From the NCBI GenBank assembly GCA_963789445.1, contig CAWBKS010000001.1, positions 2,042,141-2,106,140 on the forward strand: 64,000 nt of DNA, read 5' to 3'. This stretch comes from an uncultured Actinomycetes bacterium (GTDB taxonomy: Bacteria; Actinomycetota; JAICYB01). Below are positions 8,673 to 17,638 of the stretch, in pieces. The notes under the pieces were generated by a model, which worked only from the letters and a program-made list of their open reading frames with translations, was not told the DNA's origin and searched no databases. Position 1 is the first letter of the stretch. Each line of letters begins with the position of its first letter. The position numbers were made by a program, and so were the translations under genes.

Positions 8673-9542
8673 ATGAGGGTCGGATTCGTAGGGCTCGGAA
8701 CCATGGGCATGCCAATGGCGCGCAATCTCTTGCGGGCCGGTTTCGACGTCACGGTGCACAATCGGACGCGCTCGAAAGAAGAAGAACTGGCGGCCGAGGG
8801 CGCGGAGCGAGCAGCGACGCCGGCCGAGGCCGCCGCCGAAGCCGATGTGGTCGTGACGATCGTGTCGGACACACCTGACGTCGAGCATGTGCTTTTCGGT
8901 GAGGATGGGATCGCGCAGACGGCGCGACAGGGAACGGTAGTCGTAGACATGTCGACGATCTCCCCGGAAGCGACGCGCGCATTCGGTGAAAGACTCGCGG
9001 ACAGAAGCATCGGTTTCCTCGACGCCCCTGTGTCGGGCGGCTCCGAGGGAGCCGAGAAGGGCACGCTCACGATCATGGCCGGCGGCGAAGCCTCGGACGT
9101 CGAGCGTGTTCGTCCGGTACTGGACGCCCTGGGAGCCAAGGTCACCCACATAGGACCGCTGGGCTCGGGTCAGCTGACCAAGGCCGTCAATCAGATCATC
9201 ATCGGCGGCTACTTCCTGGCTCTCGCCGAAGGGCTCGTCTTCGGGATGAAGGCCGGCCTGGATATGGAGAAAGTGCTCGAAGCGATATCGCAGGGGATGT
9301 GCCGCTCCGCCGTGCTGGAGATGCGTAGCGGGAACATGCTCGCCGACAGCTACCCCTTGGGTTTCAAACTCGCGCTGCATCTAAAAGACCTCGAGATCGC
9401 GAACGCAACCGCCCAGGGATGGGGTGTTGATCTTCGACTTTCCGGACTTGTTCGCGAGATCGAGAAGGCGCTCCTGGACGAACACGGGGACGAAGATCTT
9501 TCGGTCATTGCCACCGATGTACGTCGAAGTGCAGGTATCTAG
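8673..9542 (+). CDS. NAD(P)-dependent 3-hydroxyisobutyrate/2-hydroxy-3-oxopropionate dehydrogenase family protein
   Basis: 289 aa. Contains VGFVGLGTMGMPMARNL, DAPVSGG, GTLTIMAGG and GSGQLTKAVNQ motifs of the HIBADH family. Confidence 0.9.
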   Translation: MRVGFVGLGTMGMPMARNLLRAGFDVTVHNRTRSKEEELAAEGAERAATPAEAAAEADVVVTIVSDTPDVEHVLFGEDGIAQTARQGTVVVDMSTISPEATRAFGERLADRSIGFLDAPVSGGSEGAEKGTLTIMAGGEASDVERVRPVLDALGAKVTHIGPLGSGQLTKAVNQIIIGGYFLALAEGLVFGMKAGLDMEKVLEAISQGMCRSAVLEMRSGNMLADSYPLGFKLALHLKDLEIANATAQGWGVDLRLSGLVREIEKALLDEHGDEDLSVIATDVRRSAGI

Positions 9543-9545
9543 ACG

Positions 9546-10883
9546 ATGCCCGAAACCAGATATACGACCAGCGGCGACCTCCACATCGCGTACCAGGTCG
9601 TCGGGGAAGGCGACATCGACCTCGTGTACATACCCGGTTGGGTCTCGCACCTCGAAGAGATATGGCTCCTACCCAAGTACAAAAGATTCCTAGATCGGCT
9701 CGCGTCCTTCAGCCGCTTGATCCTTTACGACAAGCGCGGGACGGGCGCGTCAGATCGCATCGTCGACCGTCTCTCACTGGATGAACAGATGGACGATCTC
9801 CGCGCAGTCCTCGACGCCGTCGGAAGCCGGCAGGCAGTGCTCTTCGGCGCCCAAGACGGCGCATCGATCGGCATGTTCTTTGCCGCAACACATCCCGAGC
9901 GCACGCGAGGCCTCGTGACATTCGGAACGCGCGCTAGGTTCATGGCCGCACCCGACTACCCCTGGGGCCTGGTTGAGGAAGGCGTCGATTCGATGCTGGA
10001 GAGCATGGAGCACGCCTGGGCCGACCGTGCTGCGAATGTCGCTTTCGCAACGTTCATAAATCCGGGCCTCAAGTCCGACGAAGAGACCCTCGACTTCATG
10101 ATGAGACTGACGCGTGTTTCGGCAACGCCCGATGCGAGCCGTCGTCAGATGGCGATGTACGCAAGGGTCGACCTCCGGCAAGTTCTGCCGATGATCGCGG
10201 CGCCGACGCTGGCTATCGCTCGAGTGGACGACAAGTTCTACGGCCCACCCCATGCGAAATTCATCGCCGAGCATGTGCCGAACGGCCGCTACGTCGAGCT
10301 TGCGGGCACAGATGCCTTCCTTCCCGCCGGAGACCTCCACGCCATCGCGGACGAGGTCGAGGAATTCGTTACCGGGAATCGCCCGACGACAGAGCCTGAT
10401 CGCGTGCTGGCCACGATCCTGTTCACCGACCTGGTCGAATCGACGAAGATCTCAGCCGAGATGGGAGACCACGCGTGGCGGCAGCTCATGGACAGGCACG
10501 ATGCCATCGTTCGACGCCAGCTAGACCGCTTCAACGGAACGTGGCTAAGACATACCGGCGACGGCTTCCTTGCCACGTTCGACCGTCCGGCCGGCGCAAT
10601 CCGCTGCGCGATGGAAGCGCGCACCGCGACGCACGAGCTCGGTGTCGAAACCCGCTCCGGTCTTCACTCCGGCGAAGTATTGCTGCGAGGTGACGACCTC
10701 TCCGGCCTGGCCATGAACATCGGTGCGCGCGTGATGCAACAGGCCGGCGACGGCGAGATCCTCGTGTCCCAGAGCGTCAAGGATCTGGTCGCCGGCGCGG
10801 GCATCGAACTGGCCGATCGCGGCATCCACGCGCTGAAGGGCGTTCCAGGGGATTGGCATCTATATGGGGTCACCGCGGCATGA
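9546..10883 (+). CDS. Alpha/beta-hydrolase domain fused to a class III adenylate/guanylate cyclase domain
   Basis: The N-terminal half shows a hydrolase-fold pattern (LVYIPGWVSHLE, YDKRGTGASD, GAQDGA nucleophile elbow). The C-terminal half shows ATILFTDLVESTK, HTGDGFLATF, GLHSGEV and NIGARV cyclase motifs. Confidence 0.88.
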   Translation: MPETRYTTSGDLHIAYQVVGEGDIDLVYIPGWVSHLEEIWLLPKYKRFLDRLASFSRLILYDKRGTGASDRIVDRLSLDEQMDDLRAVLDAVGSRQAVLFGAQDGASIGMFFAATHPERTRGLVTFGTRARFMAAPDYPWGLVEEGVDSMLESMEHAWADRAANVAFATFINPGLKSDEETLDFMMRLTRVSATPDASRRQMAMYARVDLRQVLPMIAAPTLAIARVDDKFYGPPHAKFIAEHVPNGRYVELAGTDAFLPAGDLHAIADEVEEFVTGNRPTTEPDRVLATILFTDLVESTKISAEMGDHAWRQLMDRHDAIVRRQLDRFNGTWLRHTGDGFLATFDRPAGAIRCAMEARTATHELGVETRSGLHSGEVLLRGDDLSGLAMNIGARVMQQAGDGEILVSQSVKDLVAGAGIELADRGIHALKGVPGDWHLYGVTAA

Positions 10884-11908
10884 CCCTTCCGACCACAGCC
10901 GAGGCCCTGGAGGCAGCAGCGCGCGAGCGCGTGTCTCCGGTGGCGTGGGCGTACTACTCGGCCGGGTCGTTCGCCGAGAAGAGCGTCAAGGACAACGTCA
11001 CCTCGTGGTCGCGCTGGTACCTGCGCAACCGTGTCGGCGTCGACGTGGCGCACGTCGACCTGAGCACCACCGTCCTCGGCACCAAGATCTCGGTGCCCGT
11101 GCTAACGGCGCCATGCGGCTTCAACAAGTTCGCCCATCCCGACGGCGAGTTCGCCGTCGCGCGCGCATGCGAAGCGGAAGGAACTATTCAGGTTCTTTCG
11201 TCGGCGACGGCGTTGCCTCCGGCCGAGGTCTCCGCCATATCGAACGGACCGAAATGGCTCCAGCTTTACGCCGACGTCGACAAAGGCGTGACCGATCAGC
11301 GCGTAGCGGCGGCCGAGGATGCCGGCTTTCTCGCCGTAGCGATAACCGTCGACACACCTCAGCTCGGCATCCGATACCAGGGGCTCGCCGACATCGAAGC
11401 CTTCCTGCTCGAGCTTCAATCGATTGGCGCTGATTCTCCGATCCTTTCGTTCACGCAAAGCCTCGACTGGAAGGAGATAGAGCGGATCGCATCGCACACG
11501 AAGCTACCTGTGATCCTCAAGGGTCTTCTTCACCCCGACGACGCACGGATTGCGCCGAACCACGGAGCCAAGGGAGTCATCGTCTCCAACCACGGCGGAC
11601 GCCAACTCGACGGCTCCTTGCCGCCCGCCCTCGCCCTGCCCGACGTCGTCGAAGCCTCCGGAGATGCACTCGAGGTCTACGTCGACGGCGGTGTGCGCAC
11701 GGGCATCGACGTCTTGCGCGCCCTTGCCCTCGGCGCCCGCGCCGTGCTCATCGGACGGCCCTACCTGTGGGCCCTGGCCGTGGACGGGGAGCAAGGCGTT
11801 CGCGAGCTACTCGCACGATTCAAGGCCGAGCTGCACAACGCGATGGCCCTGGCCGGACAGACTGAGGCGAACCGCATCGACCGCTCGATCGTTGTCTTAG
11901 ATAGATGA
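10880..11908 (+). CDS. FMN-dependent alpha-hydroxy acid oxidase/dehydrogenase (lactate/glycolate oxidase family)
   Basis: ATG 10880 overlaps the preceding stop (ATGA). Contains LQLY, AITVDTP, ILKG, VSNHGGRQLDG and DGGVRTGIDVLRALALGA motifs. Confidence 0.9.
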   Translation: MTLPTTAEALEAAARERVSPVAWAYYSAGSFAEKSVKDNVTSWSRWYLRNRVGVDVAHVDLSTTVLGTKISVPVLTAPCGFNKFAHPDGEFAVARACEAEGTIQVLSSATALPPAEVSAISNGPKWLQLYADVDKGVTDQRVAAAEDAGFLAVAITVDTPQLGIRYQGLADIEAFLLELQSIGADSPILSFTQSLDWKEIERIASHTKLPVILKGLLHPDDARIAPNHGAKGVIVSNHGGRQLDGSLPPALALPDVVEASGDALEVYVDGGVRTGIDVLRALALGARAVLIGRPYLWALAVDGEQGVRELLARFKAELHNAMALAGQTEANRIDRSIVVLDR

Positions 11909-12792
11909 GCGTCATTAACAACCCGCGGTTCAGGCTCGTATCGGTGCTCGTCACCTTATTGGCCGCCTTCGCCGTTTCCTGGACCGCTCAGCCGACGGGA
12001 GCCGATGACGGCCTACCGATCGACATCGATCCCTCTTTCGACTGCGACGGGTACGTCCCTCATCTGCCGACCACGATCAGAGGCGACGTCATCACGGCCG
12101 ACATCGTTGTGGCTCGCGACGGGATCAGCGAAGCGAAGGCTCGCGAGATCATGGCCAAGGCGGCCGAACCCTACGCTCCCTCCGGGAACCACGCACGAGT
12201 GACTCCCCGCGTGAAGCTCAACGTCGTGGCCGTCCACGATCTGACCGGTGTCCTCTCAGGACGAGAGGTAAGCGGCTTTTATTACGAAGGCCAAACTCTA
12301 GGGAACGATCTGATGGCTCAGCTGATCCGCTACTACCGAGAGCACTATCCGAACCTGAAACGCGATCACGTGCACCTGATAACCAATCGCGACATCACCG
12401 GAGGCTCACTGGGCGATGCGGTTGCCGGTATCGACAACTGCATCGGGTCGATCGGATCCAACGACTCGTACTCGATAAGCGAGTCCGGGACGCTGGATCC
12501 GTTCTCCCTTGAGGGCCTGATCGATTTCTACGACGACATCGACGCAAAGATAGCCGCGCACGAGATAGGACATGCGTTCGGCGCCCACCACCACTACGCG
12601 AACTGCGCCGAATACCTCGTCCCCGGACTTCTGGCCGGCACTGCCGACGTGTGCTCGCTGATGTTCAACGACGTCGGCTTGGAGAACCTGCGCTTCAGCC
12701 TGCTCGAGACGCTCGTTATTCGGGCGAATGCAGAGAGGCACATCGCAGGGATACCTCCACTGCTGCCCGATGTACCGCTGACGCTGCCCTGA
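11905..12792 (+). CDS. Secreted metzincin-type zinc metalloprotease
   Basis: N-terminal signal/TM (LVSVLVTLLAAFAVSWTAQP) and the extended zinc motif HEIGHAFGAHHHY (HExxHxxGxxH). ATGA overlap with the upstream gene. Confidence 0.7.
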   Translation: MSVINNPRFRLVSVLVTLLAAFAVSWTAQPTGADDGLPIDIDPSFDCDGYVPHLPTTIRGDVITADIVVARDGISEAKAREIMAKAAEPYAPSGNHARVTPRVKLNVVAVHDLTGVLSGREVSGFYYEGQTLGNDLMAQLIRYYREHYPNLKRDHVHLITNRDITGGSLGDAVAGIDNCIGSIGSNDSYSISESGTLDPFSLEGLIDFYDDIDAKIAAHEIGHAFGAHHHYANCAEYLVPGLLAGTADVCSLMFNDVGLENLRFSLLETLVIRANAERHIAGIPPLLPDVPLTLP

Positions 12793-12793
12793 G

Positions 12794-13825
12794 CTAGGCC
12801 GTAAGCTCCGCCATCATCTCGAAGATCTCTCGGCCGCCGCCGCCGAGCAGCATCACCGAGCACGGGCTCTCCTTCCACGCGGAATAGCGGTCGCGGATCC
12901 GTTCCTTCGGACCGACGAGCGAGATCGCATCGGCCAATTCGTCCGGGACGGCAGCCATCGCTTCTCCCTTCTTGCCGTCCAGATACAGATCTTGGATCTC
13001 CTTGGCGGCGGCCTCGTAGCCGTAACGGCACGCGAGGTCGTTGTAGAAGTTGCGGCCGCGCGCGCCCATGCCCCCGATGTATAGAGCGAGCATCGGCTTC
13101 ACGAACTTCAAAGCGCCGGCGACATCGTCGGTGACTATCACCGCGCAGGACGCTATGACGTCGAACTCCGAAGCCGGGCGCAGATCGGTCGAACGCTTCG
13201 AGAAACCTTCGTCCATCGACGGCTTGAACACGTCGGAGCGGTACGGGTTGAAAAAAGCCGGAAGGAAACCATCCGAGATCTCGGCGGCAAGAGCGATGTT
13301 CTTCGGACCGATCGCGGCGATCACGATCGGGATGTCGGGACGCGGATGAAGGATCGACTTGAGCGGCTTTCCAAGTCCCGTCGCGTTCGGACCGGCGTAG
13401 GGGATCTCGTAGTGAGTCCCGGAGAACTCGAGAGGCTTCTCGCGCTTCCAGATCGTTCGAAGGATCTCGATGTACTCGCGTGTCTTCGGAAGCGGCTTGC
13501 CGTAGGGAACGCCGTGCCAGCCTTCGACCACCTGGGGGCCTGACAAACCGAGTCCGCAGATGAAGCGCCCGCCGGTCAACGCGTCGATGGTGGCCGCGGT
13601 CATGGCAGTCATGGCGGGAGTGCGGGCCGGCATCTGCATGATGCCCGTGGCCAGCTTCACCTTCTTGGTGTGTGCGCCCATCCAGACCAGCGGTGAGATC
13701 GCGTCCGAGCCGTAGGCCTCGGCCGTCCAGATCGAATGGAACCCGAGGTCGTCGGCGAGCTTGGCCGACTCGACCTGATCGGCGATATCGGCTCCCGAGT
13801 ATCCGACCTGCAATCCGAGCTTCAT
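12794..13825 (-). CDS. LLM-class (luciferase-like) F420-dependent oxidoreductase
   Basis: Start taken at MKLGLQVGY (ATG 13825). Contains LGFHSIWTAEAYGSDA and GRFICGLGLSGPQVVEGWHG patterns of luciferase-like monooxygenase family proteins. The longer track ORF (to 14083) is an unsupported N-terminal extension. Confidence 0.88.
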   Translation of the reverse strand: MKLGLQVGYSGADIADQVESAKLADDLGFHSIWTAEAYGSDAISPLVWMGAHTKKVKLATGIMQMPARTPAMTAMTAATIDALTGGRFICGLGLSGPQVVEGWHGVPYGKPLPKTREYIEILRTIWKREKPLEFSGTHYEIPYAGPNATGLGKPLKSILHPRPDIPIVIAAIGPKNIALAAEISDGFLPAFFNPYRSDVFKPSMDEGFSKRSTDLRPASEFDVIASCAVIVTDDVAGALKFVKPMLALYIGGMGARGRNFYNDLACRYGYEAAAKEIQDLYLDGKKGEAMAAVPDELADAISLVGPKERIRDRYSAWKESPCSVMLLGGGGREIFEMMAELTA

Positions 13826-13949
13826 TGGGACCCCCTGGGTGGGTGGACGAGCCCCAAGCATGGGCCGTTCCCGCCGGTCATCGCAAGGCGTGCTTATAAG
13901 AGTTAAGTTCCTGTACCTAATGTTGCTCGTGTTACATGCTGGCTCCTGG

Positions 13950-14978
13950 ATGGCAGGCCGCCGACTCGTCCTCCTCGCCGTAGTCGCCTTCGCCCTTCTG
14001 ACGCCTGCCGTGGCCCGGGCCCAGCCGTCGATGGAGAGCGAGGTCTTCGCGAAGATCAACGCCGCACGGTCCAAGAAGCTCATCTTCCATTCCGGCGTTC
14101 ACTCCGTCGCATGGCAGCACTCCGCGGACATGTCCAGCGCTGGAGGGCTGAACCATGACAACGCGGACGCCCGGATATCGAACGCCGCCCCCGATCCCGC
14201 GGAAGGCAACGGCGCGCCCGATGACGGCTACGGCCACGACTGGTGCGAGAACGTCACCTACGTGAACTTCGGAACGGAGGCGGAAGCCGCCGGCCGTATC
14301 TACGAGGCGTGGCGCCGGTCGGGTGCGCACCAGCGATGTATGCAGGACACGACGCTGAACACGGGAGCTGTGGGGATCTACTACGACGGAACGACCTGGT
14401 GGGCGACGTTCATCGCCTACATCGACCACACCCCGCCCGGGACGGCGGATACGACGACACCGCCCCAAAGCTCCTCGGAGCCCGTCGCCAAGAAGAAGAC
14501 GGCCGTCGCCGCGGCTCCCGAGACCACCTCTGATACGAGCCAGGCTGCGAGTACCGATAGCCCGGCCGAATCATCGAACGCAGGTTCGGTCACGCCGAAG
14601 GAGACGGACGAATCCACGGTCCAGCCGTCATCCGAGCCGGCCCCACGCCGGATCCTGGTGATACCGGAACCCGGTGCCAAGGCGGCGCCGGTGTCGAAGG
14701 CCGGTACGGAGAGCTACGCCGACGCGCTGCTGGCCGCCGTCCGGAACCCCAAAGTAGGAGTAAACGAGGTGGCCGGAGCCTTCGCCGCCTCGATCTGTGG
14801 GTTCCTCGTGATGTTGCTCAGACTCAAGCGAAGAACACGGTTACCGAGGACAATGACGACAGCCATCCGGAAGGTCGACAAAGTTGCGGGGACTACGTCT
14901 AGGCTTCCTATTCCTCACGGCGGTAGCCGTGAGCGTGACGGCGCTGCCCAGCGCCCGCGCGAACTCGTACGAAGCTGA
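13950..14978 (+). CDS. Secreted CAP/SCP-domain protein with a Pro/Thr/Ser-rich stalk and C-terminal TM anchor
   Basis: Signal peptide MAGRRLVLLAVVAFALLTPAVARA. CAP-like core (FAKINAARS..., HSADMS, CENVTY, AWRRSGAHQRCM), a low-complexity stalk, then TM AFAASICGFLVMLL followed by RLKRRTR. The 3' end overlaps the next gene by 95 nt, so the stop is uncertain. Confidence 0.7.
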   Translation: MAGRRLVLLAVVAFALLTPAVARAQPSMESEVFAKINAARSKKLIFHSGVHSVAWQHSADMSSAGGLNHDNADARISNAAPDPAEGNGAPDDGYGHDWCENVTYVNFGTEAEAAGRIYEAWRRSGAHQRCMQDTTLNTGAVGIYYDGTTWWATFIAYIDHTPPGTADTTTPPQSSSEPVAKKKTAVAAAPETTSDTSQAASTDSPAESSNAGSVTPKETDESTVQPSSEPAPRRILVIPEPGAKAAPVSKAGTESYADALLAAVRNPKVGVNEVAGAFAASICGFLVMLLRLKRRTRLPRTMTTAIRKVDKVAGTTSRLPIPHGGSRERDGAAQRPRELVRS

Positions 14979-15678
14979 GATCTTCTCGCTTGTAAACGGA
15001 GGGCGATCCTCCAAACTCGCTTCAAGCTCCGGACTACAGTCGGCCGCGCGAGCCCATTCTCGGGACATGGCGCAGCAGGGCAACCTCACCCACGCCGGAG
15101 CCTCGTCGCGCATAGCCAACGCAGCTCCCGACGGCTACACAGGCACGTTCTGCGAGAACATCGGCTACGTCAGCGAGAACGCGCGAAACCCGGACCCGGC
15201 CCAGATCATCTACAACGGCTGGCGCAATTCGTCGAGTCATAACGCCTGCATGCACGACACGAGGATGACCGTCGCTGGCGTCGGTACCTACTCCGACGGC
15301 GAATTGCTGTGGGTGACCATGGAGTTCGCCCAGGTTCGCGGTTCTACAACCACCACCAAGACGCCGACGCCGATCACCGTGCCGGTCTCGACCCCCAAGC
15401 CGCAGGTCGCACAGTCAACCGACGCGCCGAAAGCCCCGGCGGTCGAAGCGAGGCCGGAGAACTACGGTGACGATCCGCCCGGATCGACGCCGACGGCTGC
15501 GCCTACGGCCGAACCGACCGCTACACCGCAGCCCGAGGGCCCGCGCTCATCCGTCTTGGCCGAAGACGCCGCAGCGTCCTCGTCGGACCCGGTCCTCGGC
15601 CCCCGGGAGTACGCGGCATTAGCTGCGCTGTTGCTATTCGCCTTCGGCGTCCTGTTCCTCGTCCGGCGAAGGATCTAG
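14884..15678 (+). CDS. Secreted CAP/SCP-domain protein (paralog) with a Pro/Thr-rich stalk and C-terminal TM anchor
   Basis: TTG start. Signal peptide (LGFLFLTAVAVSVTALPSARA), CAP-like core (IFSLVNGGRS, HSRDMA, CENIGY, GWRNSSSHNACM), PT-rich stalk, then TM plus RRRI. Confidence 0.75.
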   Translation: MRGLRLGFLFLTAVAVSVTALPSARANSYEAEIFSLVNGGRSSKLASSSGLQSAARAHSRDMAQQGNLTHAGASSRIANAAPDGYTGTFCENIGYVSENARNPDPAQIIYNGWRNSSSHNACMHDTRMTVAGVGTYSDGELLWVTMEFAQVRGSTTTTKTPTPITVPVSTPKPQVAQSTDAPKAPAVEARPENYGDDPPGSTPTAAPTAEPTATPQPEGPRSSVLAEDAAASSSDPVLGPREYAALAALLLFAFGVLFLVRRRI

Positions 15679-15700
15679 CTCAGACCGAGCTCGAGCTCGA

Positions 15701-16129
15701 TCAATGCAGCGAGAACGAGCCCTTCATTCCGTTCGACTCCCCGTGGAACCTGCAGTAGAAGTCGACCTTGGAGTCGGTGCCCAGCTCGACCTCGATGGTC
15801 TTGGTCGCTTCGGGCTTAAGCTCCTCGTCGACATCCAAGGAATCGATCGTGAACGTGTGGGTCTGCTCGCCTTCGTTGAATAGCTTCAGCGTGGCAGTTG
15901 AGCCACCGGGGGCTTTGACCGTAGTCGGCTTGAAGTAGAAGTCGTCGAGCTCCATCTCCAGCTCGAAGTTCTCGATTGTGAACGTCTTCGTGCCGTGATC
16001 TTCGTGCATCGCCTCCGATGTCGCGGTGGCCTGCGGCGACCCTGAAACATCATCCACCGTCGGTTCGTCCGAACTACAGGCCACAAACACCAGCGCGAAG
16101 GCAGCGAGAACGACAAAGAGCTTGCGCAC
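15701..16129 (-). CDS. Cupredoxin-fold lipoprotein (plastocyanin/azurin-like type-1 copper site)
   Basis: GTG 16129 with SD gggagga. Lipobox LVFVAC, and copper-ligand-like H...C..H....M arrangement (EQTHTF ... FYCRFHGESNGM). Confidence 0.8.
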   Translation of the reverse strand: MRKLFVVLAAFALVFVACSSDEPTVDDVSGSPQATATSEAMHEDHGTKTFTIENFELEMELDDFYFKPTTVKAPGGSTATLKLFNEGEQTHTFTIDSLDVDEELKPEATKTIEVELGTDSKVDFYCRFHGESNGMKGSFSLH

Positions 16130-16222
16130 ACAATCCTCCCGTCTTTGGGTCCGAGGCTTGGATGGTACCCATCCAGCGACTGGCAGCAACATAGTTCTTG
16201 TCACTACGCTCGCCAGGCGAAT

Positions 16223-17638
16223 ATGGCCGATCCCATCTGGAGACTCGACGCCCACGTAATCGCCGACCGTGTGCGCAGCGGCGAACGCTCCGCCAAGGAA
16301 GTGCTCGAGACCTTCGTCCAGCGCATCGAGGAGCACAACGAAGCCCTGGCCTCATTCGTCCATCTCGACATCGACGGAGCACGCGCGCGCGCGGCCGAGA
16401 TCGATTCGGCGGTGGCCTCCGGCGACGACCCCGGCCCCCTGGCCGGCGTGCCGATCGGCATCAAAGACCTCGAACACGTCGCAGGCATGCCCACCACAAG
16501 GGGATCGGTTCCATACAAGGATTACGTTGCCGGCCACGACGGCGTTCAAACCGAGCGCCTGCGCAGTGCGGGAGCGGTGATCGTAGGTAAGACCCATTCT
16601 CCGGAGTTCGGTTCGACCGCCTTTACGCGAACGTTCCTGAACGGCACGGCTCGCAATCCGTGGAACCTCGAACGCACGCCGGGTGGCTCGTCCGGCGGTT
16701 CCTCTTCGGCCGTCGCCGCTGCGCTACTGCCCATCGCGTCGGCATCGGACGGCGGCGGCTCGATCCGCATCCCCGCGGCATACACCGGACTGGTCGGTGC
16801 AAAGGCCACCTTCGGACGAATACCGATGGGCGACAGCGCCGACTCGTCCAATACCAGCGTTCTAGGTTGCGTATCCCGATCGGTTCGCGACACCGCTCGT
16901 TACTGGGACTGCGTAGTCGGATCGCACGAACGCGACGCACTCTCACTGCCGCATCCCGGTTTCAGCTACGAGGCCGTTTTGGACGAGACCCCAACCGGAC
17001 TTCGCGTCGCCTGGTCCCAGGACTTGGGCTACGGTGCGTGCGCCAAAGAAGTCGCGGACATCGCGCGAGCCGCGGCCGAGCGCTTGGTCGAAGCCACCAG
17101 CATGAAGTGGGTCGACCGCCTCATCGAGCTGAAGGACATGTCGGCGGGTTGGGCATTGCTCGGTGCCCCGGGCACTTGGCTCAACGTCAGGGACTTCTGG
17201 CCGGAGCGGCGAGAGGACTTTACGCCCGCCGTTCGCGCCGGGGTTCAGATGAGTGAGGAGCGCTTCAATGTCCAGGAGATCGCCCGCGCCATCGAGCGGC
17301 GGAATGAAAACAACCACCGTCTAGCCGAAGTCTTCGAGGACGTCGACATCATCCTGACGCCGACGACGGCGACGACGGCGTTCCGCGCGGAGGGACCGAT
17401 GCCGTCGAAGATCGACGGCCGCGATGTGAGACTCATGCACACGATCACATTCACCTATCCCTTCAATGTCTCGATGCACCCCGGAGTCAGCGTGCCGTGC
17501 GGGTTCGACTCCGAGGGACTTCCGGTCGGGCTGCAGATCGTCACGCGCAGGCACGACGACCACGTCGCATTGCAGCTGGCCGCGGCCTTCGAGAAGGTCC
17601 AGCCGTGGCCGAAGATCGCCACGGCCTTCGATCAGTGA
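16223..17638 (+). CDS. Amidase-signature family amidase
   Basis: Start taken at MADPIWRL. Contains GIKDL and the Gly/Ser-rich signature GGSSGGSSSAVAAALLPIASASDGGGSIRIPA. Confidence 0.9.
   Translation: MADPIWRLDAHVIADRVRSGERSAKEVLETFVQRIEEHNEALASFVHLDIDGARARAAEIDSAVASGDDPGPLAGVPIGIKDLEHVAGMPTTRGSVPYKDYVAGHDGVQTERLRSAGAVIVGKTHSPEFGSTAFTRTFLNGTARNPWNLERTPGGSSGGSSSAVAAALLPIASASDGGGSIRIPAAYTGLVGAKATFGRIPMGDSADSSNTSVLGCVSRSVRDTARYWDCVVGSHERDALSLPHPGFSYEAVLDETPTGLRVAWSQDLGYGACAKEVADIARAAAERLVEATSMKWVDRLIELKDMSAGWALLGAPGTWLNVRDFWPERREDFTPAVRAGVQMSEERFNVQEIARAIERRNENNHRLAEVFEDVDIILTPTTATTAFRAEGPMPSKIDGRDVRLMHTITFTYPFNVSMHPGVSVPCGFDSEGLPVGLQIVTRRHDDHVALQLAAAFEKVQPWPKIATAFDQ

Noticed and set aside
12794-14083. 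N-terminal 86-codon extension of the LLM oxidoreductase, and similar extensions on amidase 16145, GH1 17497, purL 52341, cysS 32063, PPTase 58572 and cupredoxins 16336/20002
   Set aside because: The extensions are Arg-rich with low coding quality and overlap neighbouring genes or promoters. Internal starts with SD sequences or coupled start-stop overlaps give proteins of canonical length.
15679-15700. cgagctcgagctcg palindrome between the convergent CAP and cupredoxin genes, considered as a terminator
   Set aside because: It is a loop-less self-complementary 14-mer with no U-tract. The evidence is too weak to call.
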